Source of the DNA: the human T2T-CHM13v2.0 reference genome, Homo sapiens
Direction: 5' to 3' (one strand)
DNA length: 64,000 bases
Assembly: GCF_009914755.1 (NCBI RefSeq)
Contig: NC_060926.1
In this document: piece after piece, positions 55,549-64,000 of the stretch
How the letters are laid out: each line of letters begins with the position of its first letter
Position numbering within the stretch: position 1 is the stretch's first letter
Program-made: the position numbers and the translations under genes
The notes under the pieces: generated by a model
Databases searched by the model: none
Told to the model about the DNA's origin: nothing
Seen by the model: the letters and a program-made list of their open reading frames with translations, nothing else

Positions 55549-55611
55549 AGACCGTCGATGCTAGGAAGAAACTGCATCAACTAATTAGCAAAATAACCAG
55601 CTAACATCATA

Positions 55612-59560
<3,949 letters not shown>

Positions 59561-59836
59561 ACAAGTACAGAAAACCAAACACTTCGTGTTCTCACTCATA
59601 GGTGGGAACTGAGCAATAAGAACTCTTGGACACAGGGTGGGGAACATCACAACCAGGGCCTTTCAGGGGTTGCGGGACTGGGGAACGGATAGCATTAGGA
59701 GAAATACCTAACGTAAACGATGAGTTGATTGGTGCAGCAAACCAACATGGCACATGCATACCTATGTAACAAACCTGCACATTGTGCACATGTACCCTAG
59801 AACTTAAAATGTAATAATAATAAAAAAGAAACTGTG

Positions 59837-59837
59837 G

Positions 59838-59870
<33 letters not shown>

Positions 59871-60344
59871 ATGTATATATGTATATATATGTATATATAT
59901 GTATATATGTATATATATGTATATATATACACACACACACATATGTGTGTATATATATATATGAAGGAATACTACTAACCCATAAAAAGGGATCATTTAC
60001 AGCATTTGCAGTGACCTGGATGAGATTGGAGACTATTATTGGAAGCAAAGTAACTCAGGAATGGAAAACCAAACATTGTATGTTATTACTGATATGTGGG
60101 AGTTAAGCTATGAGGACACAAATGCATAAGAATGATACAATGGACTTTGGGGACTTGGGGGGAAGTGTAGGAGGGCGGTGAGGAATAAAAGACTACAAAT
60201 ATGGTGCAGTGTATACTGCTTGGGTGATGGGTGCACCAAAATCTCACAAATCACCACTAAAGAATTTACTCATGTAACCAAATGCCACCTGTACCCCAAT
60301 AACTTATGGAAAAATAAAATAAAAATAAAAATAAAGAAAAAATA
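59837..60344 (+). mobile_element. L1PB1-type element, 3' end
   Basis: L1PB1-type 3' UTR; TSD aaa(t/c)ctggatg at 51129-51139 and 60345-60355. Confidence 0.9.
59838..59962. repeat. (TA)n/(TATG)n/(CA)n compound microsatellite
   Basis: Directly visible. Confidence 0.95.
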
Positions 60345-60703
60345 AAACCTGGATGTACATCAGAGTCACCTGGAAAAATTTGCAGTAATAAAGATTCCCA
60401 GGCCACACCTCTGGAGAAGTTGATTCAGTAGGTGTGGGTGGGTTCTGGATTCTGTAAGATTTGGAAATTTTGGGAGTCCAATCTTCCACTTTGAATATCT
60501 ATTTCCCCAATCAGAAGTCTTTCACTTCTAATCAGGGATAAAGCTTTCTGTTTACATATTTACAGAGAAGCAACAGAGTGACAGATTCATACTAAAGCAT
60601 AAATGACCAGGATCTTAAATACAAGAATGGTGCACAGAAGGATGGCAGGAAATGGGGTCTAGATTGGTGAATGTCAGGAATATGGTATTTCTTGATCTTC
60701 TAG

Positions 60704-61116
<413 letters not shown>

Positions 61117-61195
61117 TCCCTTATTATTTTCATAATAAAACAACTGCAAATAAAGCTAGATAGAATCAGCCGGTGGGGGATGCAGAAGGTAGTGA

Positions 61196-61509
<314 letters not shown>

Positions 61510-61920
61510 AGAAGGTAGTGATTTCTAAGCTGAGTGTGTGTAGAGGCCATCAGAATCTCTGTGGGAGTATGTGTATGAGATTTTTATATTTATCTGAATA
61601 AGGCGTGTGTTCAAAAAGTTCAGTAACATTGCCCTAAACCAACTAGTTCTTCCTTTCTGGGGAAGAGGTGTGAATTCAAAGCAAAGCAGGAGGAGGTGAG
61701 TTCTCTGATGGCCGCAGATTCCAGCAGCTGCCCCTGGTGCATGGCAAATGAAGTGCTTTCTCCAAAAGATTGTAATTTTAAAGCACTCCCTGGAGTCTTC
61801 AACATAAAACTTTAAAAAAATTATTGGAGCCACCCGGCTGTAGCTCAGGTGATCGTCGCCTCTTATTTAATGGGCTGTATGTTCACCGTGTCCTAGGTCA
61901 GGCCTACTTCAAATCACACC

Positions 61921-61929
61921 TTCCGGGAA
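61921..61929. promoter_or_regulatory. STAT (GAS) consensus site TTCCGGGAA in unique DNA
   Basis: Exact palindromic TTCN3GAA motif; function not shown. Confidence 0.3.
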
Positions 61930-62907
61930 AGCTCATTGCTTTTTATCAACAGCTCGATTTACGACCAGCAAAAATCCATAGCCCTCTGTGACCCTTCTAA
62001 AAAGCTTGCCTTTCACATCGTGTCCTCTTCAGAGGGAATAAAACACTCTAATTTCTTATATCAGTGCATTGGCTAGAAACACTACTTTCACCAGTGGTTT
62101 ATTTGAGAGAGACTTGTGCTGAGGGTGAGAGGCCTCAGAGATAGGGCTGATCTCACAATGCACTGAGATCAATATGTAAGAACCTGTTCTCTGTGGAGAA
62201 AACAGAAACAGGAATTTGTACACAATCACAAAGGCAGCTTAGGCTGGCAGACAGTGTGTTCTGAACCTTACTGGTTCTCATAACCTCTCTCCATATGTTT
62301 TCATAACCTCAGGACTGTTATGTCATGAGGGTGAAGGTCGGGGAGGAAAGACTGGCCCCCAAAAAAGTCAGTTAGGTACTTAATTTGTTGGAAAAAAATT
62401 CCTACCAGTATGATAAATCATTGCTAACACTTATTAATCCAATTGAATCTTTTAAGAATGAAAGATGGAGTCACCTATGGTGTGGTGTTTCCTCTGTGTT
62501 TGTCTAACTATATGTCAGGCAGCTGGCAGGAAATCATGATGGAAAGGAATCCAAATAAAACAGAATCTTCTCTATCCCTCTCTCAATCTCCTTTATCACT
62601 AGTAAAGTCAAATTATACCTAAAAATCAAGTGTTAGAGAATTAAAGTGCGGAAAGACTTTATTTTACATAGCCAAAAAGAGGAGCAGTGATGAATTAACT
62701 TTAGTTGCTCGGGATTAAATAGAGAATTTGAATGAATACCTCCTAAAGCTGGAAGTGCAGTATTTAATTGGAAAGCCAGCTTACTACCGCAGTAGGATGA
62801 AGAGAGGGAGCGGGTGTGGCTGGCTGCGTCCTCTCAAGTGTTGCTCTGACAGCCAGGAGGCACAGGCTCATAGTGGTAGGTTCCTGTCCCCTCAGAAATG
62901 GGGGAAG

Positions 62908-63060
62908 GGGCTTGGCATGGCATCTCATGTCTGTAATCCCAGCACTTTGGGAGGTCGAGGAGGAAGGATTGCTTGAGGCCAGGAGTTTGAGACTAGCCTG
63001 GGGCAACATAGCAAGACTGTGTCTCTATCCTCCAAAAAAAAAAAAAGAAAAAAAAAAAAG
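62908..63060 (+). mobile_element. Alu monomer (FLAM-like)
   Basis: Single arm with A tail. Confidence 0.82.
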
Positions 63061-63189
63061 GAAAAGGAAGCTGCTACCTCTGGAAATACTGAAATGGTGG
63101 TAGAGCACCTCTCAGGTATAGAAATGCAAACATAGCATTATAGGAGATCCTGTAAAATGTCAGGAAGGATTGATTGGCAAAGACTGAAA

Positions 63190-63530
63190 TAAACGCCAAC
63201 GCTTATGTTGGGAAGGAAGAATGCAGTGACAGACATTTTCATATAGTGCTAGTGGGAGTAAAGATTGCTGTCATCTTTCTGGAGGGCACTTAAACAGTTT
63301 TATCAAAACTTTGTGCATTTCCTTTGATTCAGAAATTTCATTTCTAGGAATTTCTTGAACAAATAAAGATGTATGTCCAAGGATGTTCATCCCAGTATTT
63401 TTACAGTAGGAAACTAACTATGGAAAGAATTGTTAAGTTAGTTATAGTGCATTCATACACAGGCATAGTACACAACCATTATAAATGATATCTGGAAAGA
63501 CGTACAGAAAAATGTTATCAGACATTTTCT
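63190..63530 (+). mobile_element. Old L1M (L1ME-like) fragment
   Basis: ctttgattcagaaatttcatttctaggaatt and aggatgttcat motifs. Confidence 0.6.
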
Positions 63531-64000
63531 TCTATGTAGAAAAATTCCAGGATTTTTTAAATAAGAGGAAAAGAAAGAAATTCAGGAGAACTCCTTACCC
63601 TTCAATAACTGCAAAATAAAGCTATTTCCCTTCTTTAATATTAGGGCTACACCGTGAGGCACGTATGCTAAGGATTAAGAAAGCTATTTGCTATAGTTTT
63701 CCCATTTAGAGGGGAAGCCTCGAGTAATTAATTCTCAACTCTTGGAGTCAAGAGACCATTAGAGAGTTCTGCTAAGGGAAAACTTTCTAGCGATTATGCG
63801 TTTAACAAAGCCTTAGAGTGCTTTGCTAACAGTGAATATATTAAGGTTATTTATAGAATAAATGTACATGCAATGAATGAACGAATGCAGTGAATGCTTT
63901 GTAGGGATAGAAGGGACAAGAGAAACCATCAAAACTCTCATTCTACAAATGAGATACTCAGAGTGGGCAACTAGAGACTTGCACAGGTGCACACAGCTAG

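Noticed and set aside
59592-60106. Y/I/H-rich ORFs
   Set aside because: Translation of the (TA)n/(TATG)n microsatellite and L1 3' UTR
61727-61741. CTCF-like gctgcccctggtgca
   Set aside because: One base short of the core spacing; similar weak matches near 14447 and 33390 also mismatch key positions

Overview
This is primate (human-like) nuclear DNA, intronic or intergenic and dominated by repeats. It holds about 47 Alu copies or monomers, several L1s (a near full-length L1PA6/7-type element nested in an L1PB1, a 5.6-kb L1MA1/2-type, an L1PA15/16-type and L1MB fragments), solo LTRs (MER34, MLT1A and MER51 types), DNA-transposon relics (MER75 piggyBac, MER6, MER58, MER5), MIR/L2 relics, microsatellites and a decayed PPIA (cyclophilin A) processed pseudogene. 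I found no intact protein-coding gene, RNA gene, CRISPR array or new multi-gene system; nearly all ORF-track entries are Alu, L1 or low-complexity artefacts. The most interesting signals are small structural ones. (i) Two LTR-derived RNAs were retrocopied with poly(A) tails and TSDs, one apparently a complete R-only LTR12 mini-transcript. (ii) Several templated-insertion or snap-back repair scars occur, the clearest at 43106-43260, plus an inverted ORF1 patch inside an L1 ORF2 at 56696-56863. (iii) Exon-like segments on both strands may belong to a disabled gene or a lncRNA. Repeat subfamily names come from recalled consensus sequences and need RepeatMasker/Dfam confirmation.
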